A stretch of 41,346 nucleotides of DNA, taken from positions 1-41,346 of the forward strand of contig CAWDOY010000050.1 in assembly GCA_963803975.1 (NCBI GenBank), read 5' to 3'. The number at the start of each line of letters is the position of its first letter. Within the stretch, counting starts at the first letter, position 1. This DNA is from an uncultured delta proteobacterium. GTDB taxonomy: Bacteria > Desulfobacterota > WTBG01 > CAIYCZ01. Shown here piece after piece: positions 21,125-30,332 of the stretch. The notes beneath the pieces are model-generated. The model was not told the origin of the DNA and searched no databases. It worked only from the letters and a program-made list of their open reading frames with translations. The translations under genes and the position numbers were made by a program.

Positions 21125-21227
21125 GGGCCATGGGCAGGGTCAGAAGCCATTCAGAATTTTCTTTGTGCCTGCTGCCTTCTCAGTCTGCATTTCCCTAACC
21201 ACTAACCCCCGACCACCTGCCCCTGCC
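21125..21227 (-). repeat. ~105-bp dispersed element, copy 1 (hbd leader)
   Basis: Aligns by eye to the reverse complement of 23581-23731 once a REP insert in that copy is removed. Confidence 0.7.
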
Positions 21228-21245
21228 TCCGGTGACAGGCTTAAT

Positions 21246-21350
21246 AAAATAGTAAATCTATGGTGTTGTGTCAAATAAAAACTTGCCGCGCCGGACCGTC
21301 GGGCGCGAACGAAATATTTTATTGACATGCGCTATCGGTTAGGTTACTTA
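21246..21350. promoter_or_regulatory. Divergent sigma70-like promoters for hbd and marR
   Basis: Minus strand TTGACA (21269-21274)-N17-TATTTT; plus strand TTGACA (21322-21327)-N17-TACTTA. Confidence 0.55.
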
Positions 21351-21375
21351 ATAGTTCACATACTTAACTATTAAG
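21347..21375. promoter_or_regulatory. Perfect inverted repeat, probable MarR operator
   Basis: CTTAATAGTT-N9-AACTATTAAG overlaps the -10/+1 region upstream of marR. Confidence 0.7.
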
Positions 21376-21404
21376 CATATCACAACGGGAGGGGGTACCA
21401 AACC

Positions 21405-21866
21405 ATGGCGAAACAAAATACCATGAGCAGAATAGAGGAAATTGAGCAGCACATCATTGAGTTCCGCAACCTGTTCGTGCAGCTGTTCAAAAAGATGGTG
21501 AAAAGCAGCAGCACCAGGGTCGGCATCCGCTTCAGTCCGTCCCAGATGCGCGCTATGGCGGCCTTTCATGAGGATCGGGAATATCGCATGGGCGAGCTCA
21601 GCAAGATTGCCCAGGTCACCATGCCCTTCATGACGGAAATGGTTGACGGGCTGGTAAAGGGGGGAATCCTTGAGCGCGTCAGGGACATTGCAGACAGAAG
21701 GGTCGTTAAGGTCAAACTGTCGAACCAGGGCAGAAACATTCACAAGCAGTTCCTGAAAACACGGGCCCGGGAGATGGAAAGCATTTTCGCCAAGCTCGAC
21801 AGCAGGGATCAGACAGAGTTACTAAAATCGTTAAAGAAAATGTCAGAGATTCTTAAAAAGATTTAA
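21405..21866 (+). CDS. MarR-family transcriptional regulator
   Basis: 153 aa; MGELSKI...MTEMVDGLVKGGILERVRDIADRRVVKVKLSNQG winged-helix pattern. Confidence 0.92.
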   Translation: MAKQNTMSRIEEIEQHIIEFRNLFVQLFKKMVKSSSTRVGIRFSPSQMRAMAAFHEDREYRMGELSKIAQVTMPFMTEMVDGLVKGGILERVRDIADRRVVKVKLSNQGRNIHKQFLKTRAREMESIFAKLDSRDQTELLKSLKKMSEILKKI

Positions 21867-21881
21867 GGAAAGGAACAGGAC

Positions 21882-22722
21882 ATGCGCCAGATAGCGATTT
21901 ACGGGAAGGGCGGGATCGGGAAATCGACGGTGGCAGCGCACCTCTCATACACGTTTGCCGACCGGGGGATGAAGGTGCTGCAGGTGGGATGCAGCCCGAA
22001 GAACGACAGCACCCGGCCGCTGCTGGATGATTTCCCGAAGACCATACTGGATGTATTGCGGGAAAAGGAATTTGACTATGAGGCAGTGGCAGTAAATGAC
22101 GTGGTGTATGAATCGCCCCTGGCGTTTAAGAACGGGGGCCGGGTTTGTTGTGCGGAGAGCGGCGGGCCGGAGCCGGGGGTTGGCTGCGGCGGGAAAGGGG
22201 TGGTGGAAGCGATCGAGACCCTGACCCGGCTCAATGTTTTTAAAAACTACAATTTTGACATGGTTATTTATGACATCCTGGGAGACGTGGTATGCGGCGG
22301 CTTTTCGCTGCCCATCCGTCAGGGCTACGCGCAGGAGACCTACGTGGTGGCGAGCGGAGAGCTTGAGGCTTTGTACCAGGTGACCAATGTGTCAAAGGTC
22401 ATCAAGCGTTTTGAAGTGCGCTCGGGTGCAAAGCTCGGGGGGCTGATCATCAACCTGCGCCGGGTAAAGAATGAACTGCAGATGGTGCAGGACTTTGCGC
22501 AGAAGATAGGCACGCGGATCATCGGCATCATCCCGTTCAGCCAGATGGTGAAAGGAATGCGGCGGGCAGGCCAAGACCGTGTTCACGCTTGCCCCTGACT
22601 CGGAAGAGGCCGGTATCTATACCGGGATCGGGGATGCGGTGCTGGCAAACAAAGATCTGGTGATACCGAACACCATTGAGTTTGAAGATCTGTATGACTG
22701 GTGGCTGCAGTATTTTGAATAG
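21882..22722 (+). CDS. Nitrogenase Fe-protein-like ATPase 1 (NifH/BchL/CfbC family); frameshift near 22554
   Basis: YGKGGIGKST, GCSPKNDST, ESGGPEPGVGCGGKG and DILGDVVCGGF. The shifted frame gives ECGGQAKTVF...FEDLYDWWLQYFE, matching the C-terminus of the paralog. Confidence 0.93.
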
Positions 22723-22731
22723 GAGGAGATA

Positions 22732-23577
22732 ATGCGACAGTTAGCGATATACGGCAAAGGCGGGATCGGCAAATCCATGGTTTCGTCCCACATCTCATTC
22801 GGCATTGCCGACAGGGGATTAAAGGTAATGCACGTGGGGTGTGACCCGAAGCATGACAGCACGCGGCTTCTGCTGCGGGGTAAAATGCCGAAGACGGTGC
22901 TTGATACCTTGCGCCGGAAGAATTTTGATGTCAAATCCATAACCCGTGATGAGATAGTATTTGCCAGCCCGCTGAACGAGGAGTGCAAGGGGAAGATCTA
23001 CTGTGCTGAGAGCGGCGGGCCGGACCCGGGGCTGGGGTGCGGCGGCAAGGGGGTCATCGAGGCCATCGAGACGCTCCAGCACCTGAATGCGTACCAGGAG
23101 CTGGAGCTTGACGCAGTGCTCTATGACGTGCTGGGGGATGTGGTGTGCGGCGGGTTCTCCATGCCGATCAGGCAGGGATATGCTGAGGAGATATATATCG
23201 TGAGCAGCGGCGAGATCGAAGTGCTGTTTGCCGCGTCAAACATCTGCAAGGCCGTGTCCAGGTTCACGGGCAGGTCCGGGGCGCGGCTGGGCGGCATCAT
23301 CGGCAACCTGCGGGAACTGAAGAACGAGGAAGAGATACTTACCACGTTTGCGGAGATGATGGGTACGCAGGTGGTGGGGTTTATCCCTTACAGCGAGAAG
23401 ATAAAGGAATGCTCGGGGAAAGGCATGACGCTCTACCAGCTGGCGCCTGATTCAAAGGAGTGTGATGCGTTCCGGACGCTCACCGAAAATATCTGGAACA
23501 ATAAAATGTTCACCATTCCCAAATCGATGAAGTTTGAAGACCTGTATGCCTGGTGGCGCGGCATAGTAAAGAAATAG
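22732..23577 (+). CDS. Nitrogenase Fe-protein-like ATPase 2 (NifH/BchL/CfbC family)
   Basis: YGKGGIGKS, GCDPKHDST, ESGGPDPGLGCGGKG and DVLGDVVCGGF; intact, with AGGAGG RBS. Confidence 0.95.
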   Translation: MRQLAIYGKGGIGKSMVSSHISFGIADRGLKVMHVGCDPKHDSTRLLLRGKMPKTVLDTLRRKNFDVKSITRDEIVFASPLNEECKGKIYCAESGGPDPGLGCGGKGVIEAIETLQHLNAYQELELDAVLYDVLGDVVCGGFSMPIRQGYAEEIYIVSSGEIEVLFAASNICKAVSRFTGRSGARLGGIIGNLRELKNEEEILTTFAEMMGTQVVGFIPYSEKIKECSGKGMTLYQLAPDSKECDAFRTLTENIWNNKMFTIPKSMKFEDLYAWWRGIVKK

Positions 23578-23580
23578 AGC

Positions 23581-23731
23581 GTCAGGGATTCGGGGTTGGG
23601 GGATCGGGGTTAGTGAAATGACGTAATGAGCAGACAACCGGCACCTGTCCTCCGTAGCAGTTTACTGCGAAGGGTGGACAAAGACACAGAGTAAATTCGG
23701 AATGGTCTTCTTGACCCTTGCCCCATGACCC
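23581..23731 (+). repeat. ~105-bp dispersed element, copy 2, with an inserted REP-like palindrome (23646-23680)
   Basis: Inverted homolog of 21125-21227; the insert is TGTCC-TCCGTAGCAGTTTACTGCGAAGGGT-GGACA. Confidence 0.7.
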
Positions 23732-23806
23732 TTGATTATGCTGAAAGCTGACCGCTGATGGCTGAATGCTTGCAATACAAATAACCAGACAAGGAGAGCG
23801 CAGATT

Positions 23807-25048
23807 ATGGCATTAAAAAATTATGAGCACTGCTGTTCAACAATTCAGGCACTGGCAAGCCTGGGAAAAATTGAAGGGGTGATACCGCTTCTTCACGGCC
23901 CGCAGCCCTGCTCCTATCAGAACCAGGTGGGCTCCATGTCGTGCCGTCCCTCCCAGCTGCTCACCGCGGGGACCCTCATCAACAAAAGCGATGTCATTTT
24001 CGGCGGCGAAGAAGGCCTCAAGCTGCAGATTGCAAACATCTACAAAAAATATAAACCGAAAGTCATTGTCGTCATCAACACCTGCGTGCCGCAGCTCATC
24101 GGCGAGGACATTGACGGCGTCATCGCCGAGCTCAAGCAGGAAATTCCCGAGCTGAAGGTGACCTATGCCCAGACCGGGTTCAACTTCCCGCGCTCCATGG
24201 TGCTGGGCTCTGATGTGTCCTGGGTAGCAATTGTTGAGACCTTTAAGCATCTGGACAAGACACCCGGCTCCATCGGCATTGTGGGAAGGGCCGGCCAGGA
24301 CGCGGGAAACCTCGCGGCCCTGGAAATCCCGCTGAAGAAAGCAGGTCTCAACACCTTTGTCTTTCCCGCTCCCCACATTGATGAAATGGAACGAATCGTG
24401 CGCGCTGAGCACATCTACCCGATCCACGTCACGCCCTATCTCACCTGCAAAAAGCTGGATGAGGAATTCAATACCGAAAGCCGCTATATTGAAATTCCCG
24501 CGGGCATTGAAGGAACGTCCCGCTTTCTGCGCGGCATCGCGGATTATGAAAAATGCCAGAAGCTGCATGACATCGTGGATGAAGAGGAAAAGCGCGTCAA
24601 GCCTGAGCTGGAAAAGATACGCAAAGAATTTGCCAAACAGAAGGTCCGCATGCTGCTGGTCTCAGGGCCGGCTAATGAGGTGTCCATCGGCAAAATCATA
24701 GCAGAGTTCGGCGCCGAGGTTTTTATTGTACCGGCCATGAAAAATAAATACATGCAGCAGGAGAAGAAAATCATGGAGGAGCGCTACGGCGCTACCTTTA
24801 TCGAGGAGGACTTTGACACGGTTGAGGACCTGATAAAACAGATCAGGCCCAACGTGGTGCAGGTCGAGTTCCAGGCCCAGGTGGAAACCGTCCCCTATTT
24901 CATTCCCACGCTCATCAACATGCTCTACCTGTGCGAATACGGCTATGACTACGCGCTTGATCTCGGCAGCAACTTTTTCAGGATTCTGCACCGGCCCATC
25001 TATGAAAAATGGCACCAGCTCATGCAGACATACGGAGGCTTACAATGA
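23807..25048 (+). CDS. Nitrogenase component-1-type oxidoreductase, BchN/BchY/NifD-like subunit
   Basis: HCC (C9/C10), LHGPQPC (C35), DVIFGGEEGL and NTCVPQLIGEDI (C93); 413 aa. Confidence 0.9.
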   Translation: MALKNYEHCCSTIQALASLGKIEGVIPLLHGPQPCSYQNQVGSMSCRPSQLLTAGTLINKSDVIFGGEEGLKLQIANIYKKYKPKVIVVINTCVPQLIGEDIDGVIAELKQEIPELKVTYAQTGFNFPRSMVLGSDVSWVAIVETFKHLDKTPGSIGIVGRAGQDAGNLAALEIPLKKAGLNTFVFPAPHIDEMERIVRAEHIYPIHVTPYLTCKKLDEEFNTESRYIEIPAGIEGTSRFLRGIADYEKCQKLHDIVDEEEKRVKPELEKIRKEFAKQKVRMLLVSGPANEVSIGKIIAEFGAEVFIVPAMKNKYMQQEKKIMEERYGATFIEEDFDTVEDLIKQIRPNVVQVEFQAQVETVPYFIPTLINMLYLCEYGYDYALDLGSNFFRILHRPIYEKWHQLMQTYGGLQ

Positions 25049-26775
25049 AAGACAATCTTCAGGCCGCTACACAGTTCAGGATGCAGGAAATACATACGCC
25101 GTCAGCCTTTGAGGGTGCGCTGTGGGCCGCGGTGGGGGTGAAGGACGCGCGCACCATTTTCCACGCGCCTCCCGGCTGCTATATCAACCAGCATGTCAAT
25201 ATCCTGGTCAACGACTGGACCACCGAGCTCTACTCCACCAACCTCTCCTATGCAAACGTCATGCAGGGCGCGGAGGAAAAGCTTGAGGTGACCATGCGCA
25301 AGGTGCTGGCAAAAAAGCCGGCTGCGGTAATCATCGTCACCGCGCCGAGCGTTGAGGTGACGCGGGATGATGTTGAGGGCGTGGCGCACAAGGTGGGATT
25401 TAAGGACACAATCATCATCCGCCCGCCCATCGGCGGCACGGTGGGTGAGGGAAAGGATGAAGCCTTCCTGCAGATGCTCTCCATCATGAAGCCGGCAAAG
25501 AAAAAGATCAAAAACGCGGTGAACATTATCGGGCCGACTTTTTCAACCTTCAACTGGCAGGCAGACGTATTCGAGCTGAAGCGGATGCTTTCCTTAATCG
25601 GGGTAAAAGTAAACGCGGTGATGTCCGCCGGCGCAACCGTCGCCGAGCTGAAGAAAGCGCCGCAGGCAGCTCTCAACCTGTGCATCTACCCGTACGACTG
25701 CGGGCAGAAAGTTGCGGCAGAGATGCAGAAACGTTTTGACGTACCCTATCTGGATGATATTATTCCCATCGGGTTTGAAAATTCTTCCGCCTGGCTGCAA
25801 AAAATCGGCCGGCTTCTCAACATCGATGCTGCGGCAGCAATAAAAGACGAGATGACCAATGCCTGGGAATTTGTCCGCTCAAACATGGTATTCTCGGTAG
25901 CCTTTGAAATGTCTGCTGCGCTCTCCCTCGAAAACAATAACACTCATGCCGTGGGCATCAGCCGCTTCCTGAAAAACGAGATGGGCATGGATGTGGTCAT
26001 GTGTGCCGTAAGCAGCCCTGCTGCAGGCGAGAAGATACGCGAGGTGTGCGACACGGTGATGGTATCTCCGACCATTGACGATAAGCGCGAGCAGTTCGTG
26101 GCAAAGTCTCCCATGGTAATCTTCGGCAACTTCTATGACAAGAAAGTGAGCATGGACGAGGGATTCACCAACTTCATCTTCGCTGACATCCCCACCATCG
26201 GCTACCTTAATACCGAAAACTGCCCGTTCATGGGCTTCATGGGCGCAAAATATCTGGTGCAGGCCATCGTCAATGAAGTGTACATGAAAATATTCCTTGA
26301 GACCAAGGGTGAGATTGCCGGCCCCATCTCATACGGAGATATTCCCTGGGACACGGCAGCGCAGGAAGCCATGATGAAGGTATCGGAAATGATCCCGCAT
26401 TTTGTCCGGGCCACGGCCATGAAAAAGCTGCAGCAGGTGGCGGAGCAGATGGCAAAAGAGCGCAACTCATCCATCACCCTTGCCATCATGCAGGAGGTCG
26501 CGGACAAGTACACGCCGACAAAGTTCAAGGCAAAATTTTCTTCTGTTTTTGACGGTGTCGAGGGTTCCCCTGCTGAAGAGGAGGAAGAGGTGCCCATTGA
26601 CCAGCTGCCGTATGTCATGGAGTGGGAGGACACGGCAAAGCAGGCGCTTGAAGAAGTGCCCTCTCCGTTCAGGGTGGCTGCCGTCTCCGGCACAGAAGAG
26701 TATGCGCGCAATCACGGCTACACAAAAATTACCAAACAGGTTATGGAAGAATTCAGAAAAGAACTCGGCATGTAG
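25045..26775 (+). CDS. Nitrogenase component-1-type oxidoreductase, BchB/BchZ-like subunit with two C-terminal PCP_red-like domains
   Basis: ATGA overlap with the upstream gene. Motifs FHAPPGCY, VNIIGP, DVFELKRML, PIGFENS and PFMGFMGA, plus two W(D/E)xxAxxA...P.F.R domains. Confidence 0.9.
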   Translation: MKDNLQAATQFRMQEIHTPSAFEGALWAAVGVKDARTIFHAPPGCYINQHVNILVNDWTTELYSTNLSYANVMQGAEEKLEVTMRKVLAKKPAAVIIVTAPSVEVTRDDVEGVAHKVGFKDTIIIRPPIGGTVGEGKDEAFLQMLSIMKPAKKKIKNAVNIIGPTFSTFNWQADVFELKRMLSLIGVKVNAVMSAGATVAELKKAPQAALNLCIYPYDCGQKVAAEMQKRFDVPYLDDIIPIGFENSSAWLQKIGRLLNIDAAAAIKDEMTNAWEFVRSNMVFSVAFEMSAALSLENNNTHAVGISRFLKNEMGMDVVMCAVSSPAAGEKIREVCDTVMVSPTIDDKREQFVAKSPMVIFGNFYDKKVSMDEGFTNFIFADIPTIGYLNTENCPFMGFMGAKYLVQAIVNEVYMKIFLETKGEIAGPISYGDIPWDTAAQEAMMKVSEMIPHFVRATAMKKLQQVAEQMAKERNSSITLAIMQEVADKYTPTKFKAKFSSVFDGVEGSPAEEEEEVPIDQLPYVMEWEDTAKQALEEVPSPFRVAAVSGTEEYARNHGYTKITKQVMEEFRKELGM

Positions 26776-26843
26776 GGGGGAGTTCCCGGATAAAAGGTAG
26801 GGGCCGGGGAAAAGATCGACAAAAACAATGCAAGGAGGAGAAA

Positions 26844-27996
26844 ATGAAGAATTTCTTTTTAGGACTGCTGATTTTATTGTTGCTCGCGATCACTATCCAG
26901 TGCACAAAACCGCTGACCTTTACCTGTGATGTGGATACCACCAAAACAGGCTATGAGCTTGCCGGGGCATATGATGACTGCCTGGTCTGGAATGCCCAGA
27001 AGACCATGACCAACATTGAGAAAAAAGATATCGACATCCGGGCCACCAAACTGCCCCTGCTGGAATTCAGCGGCTCGTATGCAGTGCTGAATGCCGCGGA
27101 AAACTGGATACAGCCCTTTTATACGTTTATCACGGAAACAGGTGCTTATCCGACCCCGTCGGCAAGCATCAATAACGTGGTACTGGCTAAATTAAAGTCC
27201 AAAGACAGCGTGGATGCTGCCTTTGGATTCAGCGACAGCGAGCCGCAGGGGATCTGCGCGGATGTGCAGCAGGAGGTTTACGATACCGTGCTCAACAATG
27301 TCCTGACGAAGGAGCAGCGGGACAAATACCTGTCCCAGGGAAAACAGCTCTCCTTTATTCCCGATGATGCCCAGCCGCCGCTCAGTGATAAAACGAACCC
27401 GGTAAATAACGGCAGCGCATGGCTTAGTGTTGACCCGGCGACAAAAGTAACCCGGGATGGTAACAAGTTCTATTATGAGCCCTGGAGTCTGTATGTAAAG
27501 CTTGATGACCCCAATATTTCTGATGATAGGTTACGGGGGGTCAGGTATTGCAAGCTGCTGAGCCACCAGGCACTGCTCAGCTGGATGCTGGAGAAGAGTT
27601 TTGAAGAAAACCCGGTTTTAATAACCCCCAGTAAGCCCGTATGCGACGGGCCCTCTTCACTGGACTCGGGAAATGGCAGCTGCCTGTTCTATTCAGAATT
27701 ATACGGCAATAATTATTTCTGCGCTGACTACACGGGTCCCGGATTCACCCCGGAAAACACGAAAGAAAAATGCAACACCAACGCCGCCTATGATAAACGA
27801 AGTCTACAGCACCTCGCCGTGCAGTGCACGAACTGCGGAAATTGCGGCGTACATACCCGGCTACCAGGGCCTGACGGGTATCTGTGTTGTCCACTGCAAA
27901 GAGACCAATGAGTTCATCCTGAACATCTATAATTCAGATCCGGAGTCAAGATGCGGGGGCTTTGATTTTTTTACGCCGGGAGAATTGGGGAAATAA
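26844..27996 (+). CDS. Exported, probably lipid-anchored Cys-rich hypothetical protein; frameshift near 27795
   Basis: MKNFFLGLLILLLLAITIQC signal with strong RBS; the C-terminus continues in ORF 27673-27996. Confidence 0.7.
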
Positions 27997-28066
27997 ACGG
28001 TTTCAGTCATGCGATGTTCGGCATAGTGTATAATGAAAATTATCTAACGCCTCGGGAGATAGCATT

Positions 28067-29108
28067 ATGAAAATTACAAGACTTCTGGTTATAGCAGCAG
28101 CATTTGTTTTCACGGCATTCTTTGGTTCTCACCCGGTAAACGCTATTGAATGCCTTCGCGCGCCGCTGCCGCCGGCCCTGGACGCGCTGACGTCCGATAG
28201 GGCGGTTGCCGTTTCAACCGTGGAAGTTGACAGCTGGGACGGCACGAACCCTGCCCCTATAGATGACAATATTTATTATGCCTTCATGCCTAAAAAAACA
28301 GTGCCTACCGTCGGGTTCATAATACTTCCGGGAGGGAACTGCGACCCCCGGTCGTACGCGCCTGCCGCACGCGACATTGCCGCCAAAGGATTTTTTACCT
28401 GCATTATTCCCATGCCGAAATGCATCGCAATACCAGGGTACGAGAGAGCAGACAAAATAATCAGCGACTATGGAAAAATTAAGAAATGGGCAATCGGCGG
28501 GCACTCGGTGGGGGGGGTGGCTGCGGCTATGTATGCCAAGGCATCCACCGCAGTAAGCGGGGTAGTCATCTGGGCATCTTATGTGAACGCGGAATTAAGG
28601 CTGGATGACACCGCGCTGAAGGTCCTTTCTGTTACCGGCTCCCTGGACGGCAGGGCAACGCCTGAGCAGGTAAAGGAAAACGCTGTTTATCTGCCCGCGG
28701 ACACGGTCTTCGAGGAAATTGAAGGCGGAAATCATACCCAGTTCGGCTGGATTGATCCTTCTCCGTATCCGTATCCTTACCTGGAACAGGATAATGCTGC
28801 CACCATCACCATCGAAGAGCAGCAGGAACTAATTGTACGGGTTACGGCAGATTTTCTGAAACAATTTAAAAAGAACATATGCCCGGTAGTCTATCTTTTG
28901 GGAAAAGAAGACCCGCGGGTAAACACCGTCAGAAAAGTTCGCGATGAACTCCTGGCAAAAAGCTCATCAGGTCAGGACATAATCGCATTGTATAAGAAAC
29001 ACGGCGCGCAACTGATTGCGATATTTGAGAGCAGCCCGGTGATTAAAGATGCTGCCTGCGAGGAAGTTATTGGGGGCAATAATACCGGTAATAGAGTTTT
29101 TATTGTAA
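28067..29108 (+). CDS. Secreted alpha/beta hydrolase (Abhydrolase_5-like) with CP-type C-terminal domain; indel near 29060
   Basis: Signal peptide; ILPGGNCDPRSY, GGHSVGG, GSLDG and IEGGNHTQFG. The alternative frame ends KLLGAIIPVIEFLL, like the paralog. Confidence 0.85.
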
Positions 29109-29235
29109 TCAATGCGCATCAGCAATAATCTCACCATCAAATAAAAAGATACGTGCCCGTCATATTCCGTCCACGTATCCGGAAAGACATATTCCCACAA
29201 ACAAAACATATTTACTAACCGTGAGGAGCACATTT

Positions 29236-30265
29236 ATGAAGATACAAAAATTAATTATTGTTTTTATACTGTCACTATTCATGGTTTTTAGTTTTAGTGA
29301 TTATGAGGCGGCAGCTCAACTTGAGCCCAGCCATCCCCCCATGCCGGAAGCATTAGAGGCCATGGAATCAGATATCAGCGTAACAGTAGAAACGGTTGAA
29401 GTGGCAGAGTGGGAAGAAGGTTCAAACTACTATTATGTTTTTAAACCAAAATACGCAAATCCGAAAATAGGGTTTATTTTTTATCCGGGAGGGCTGGTTG
29501 ATCCGCGGGCATACGCACCCCCTGCGCGTGCAATTGCAGCAAAAGGGTACTTAACCGTGATTGTAAAGATGGTACGTGATCTTGCGGTGTTCAGCTCTGA
29601 CAGGGCAGATAAGATAATAAGCGATTACAGCGGGATCAAAACATGGATAATAGGCGGACATTCCATCGGCGGCTCTTTTTCCTGCAGCTATGCCCAGGGT
29701 CATACGGACAAAATTGACGGGGTTGTGCTCTGGGCTGCCTGGCCGTCAGAAGGTTTTCGTCTGGATAATACGGACCTTAAAGCAATCTCGATTTATGGCA
29801 CCAAAGACGGGCATCCGGATGAGATCAAAGCCGGAGCAGAGCATCTGCCTGAAGACACGCCGTTTGTAGAGATCGAGGGAGGCAACCATACCCAGTTTGG
29901 CTACTACTGGGATGGAGTAAATGAGAATTTCGTTCAGGAAGGTGACAACCCTGCAGACATTTCCAGGGAAGCGCAGCAGAAGCAGATCATTAAAGCAACC
30001 CTGGATTTTCTTGAGCAGTTTAAAGAGAATACATGCCCGGCAGCATATCTTCTGGGAGCAGGTGATACACGGCTTGGCACGCTGCGGCAATTTCGCGATA
30101 CGGTTCTGGCAAAAAGTTCTGCCGGGAAAAAGCTCATTCAACTTATACTACACCAATGGTAACAGCATGACGGCATTATTTGATCATAGCCCTGCAATAA
30201 AAGATTCTGCAAAGAAGGTATTGGAGTTATTTGTACCGGTAACTGAGTTTCTGATGGCATTTTGA
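29236..30265 (+). CDS. Secreted alpha/beta hydrolase (paralog) with CP-type C-terminal domain; frameshift near 30143
   Basis: FYPGGLVDPRAY, GGHSIGG, GTKDG and IEGGNHTQFG motifs. Confidence 0.87.
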
Positions 30266-30332
30266 GTAGAGCACTGTTTTCTGAATATAGCAGTACTCAA
30301 GTTTAAATAATATCAGATAAGGAGCGTTCAGG

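Noticed and set aside
22540..22600. Programmed frameshift in Fe protein 1
   Set aside because: Similar indels occur throughout unrelated genes, so sequencing error is the simpler explanation.
21882..26775. True nitrogenase (nifHDK), or chlorophyll/F430 biosynthesis genes
   Set aside because: The P-cluster Cys set is incomplete in the B/K-like subunit, no FeMoco-ligand motifs are recognisable, and no nifB/E/N, bch or cfb partners are in the window. Gene symbols were therefore withheld.
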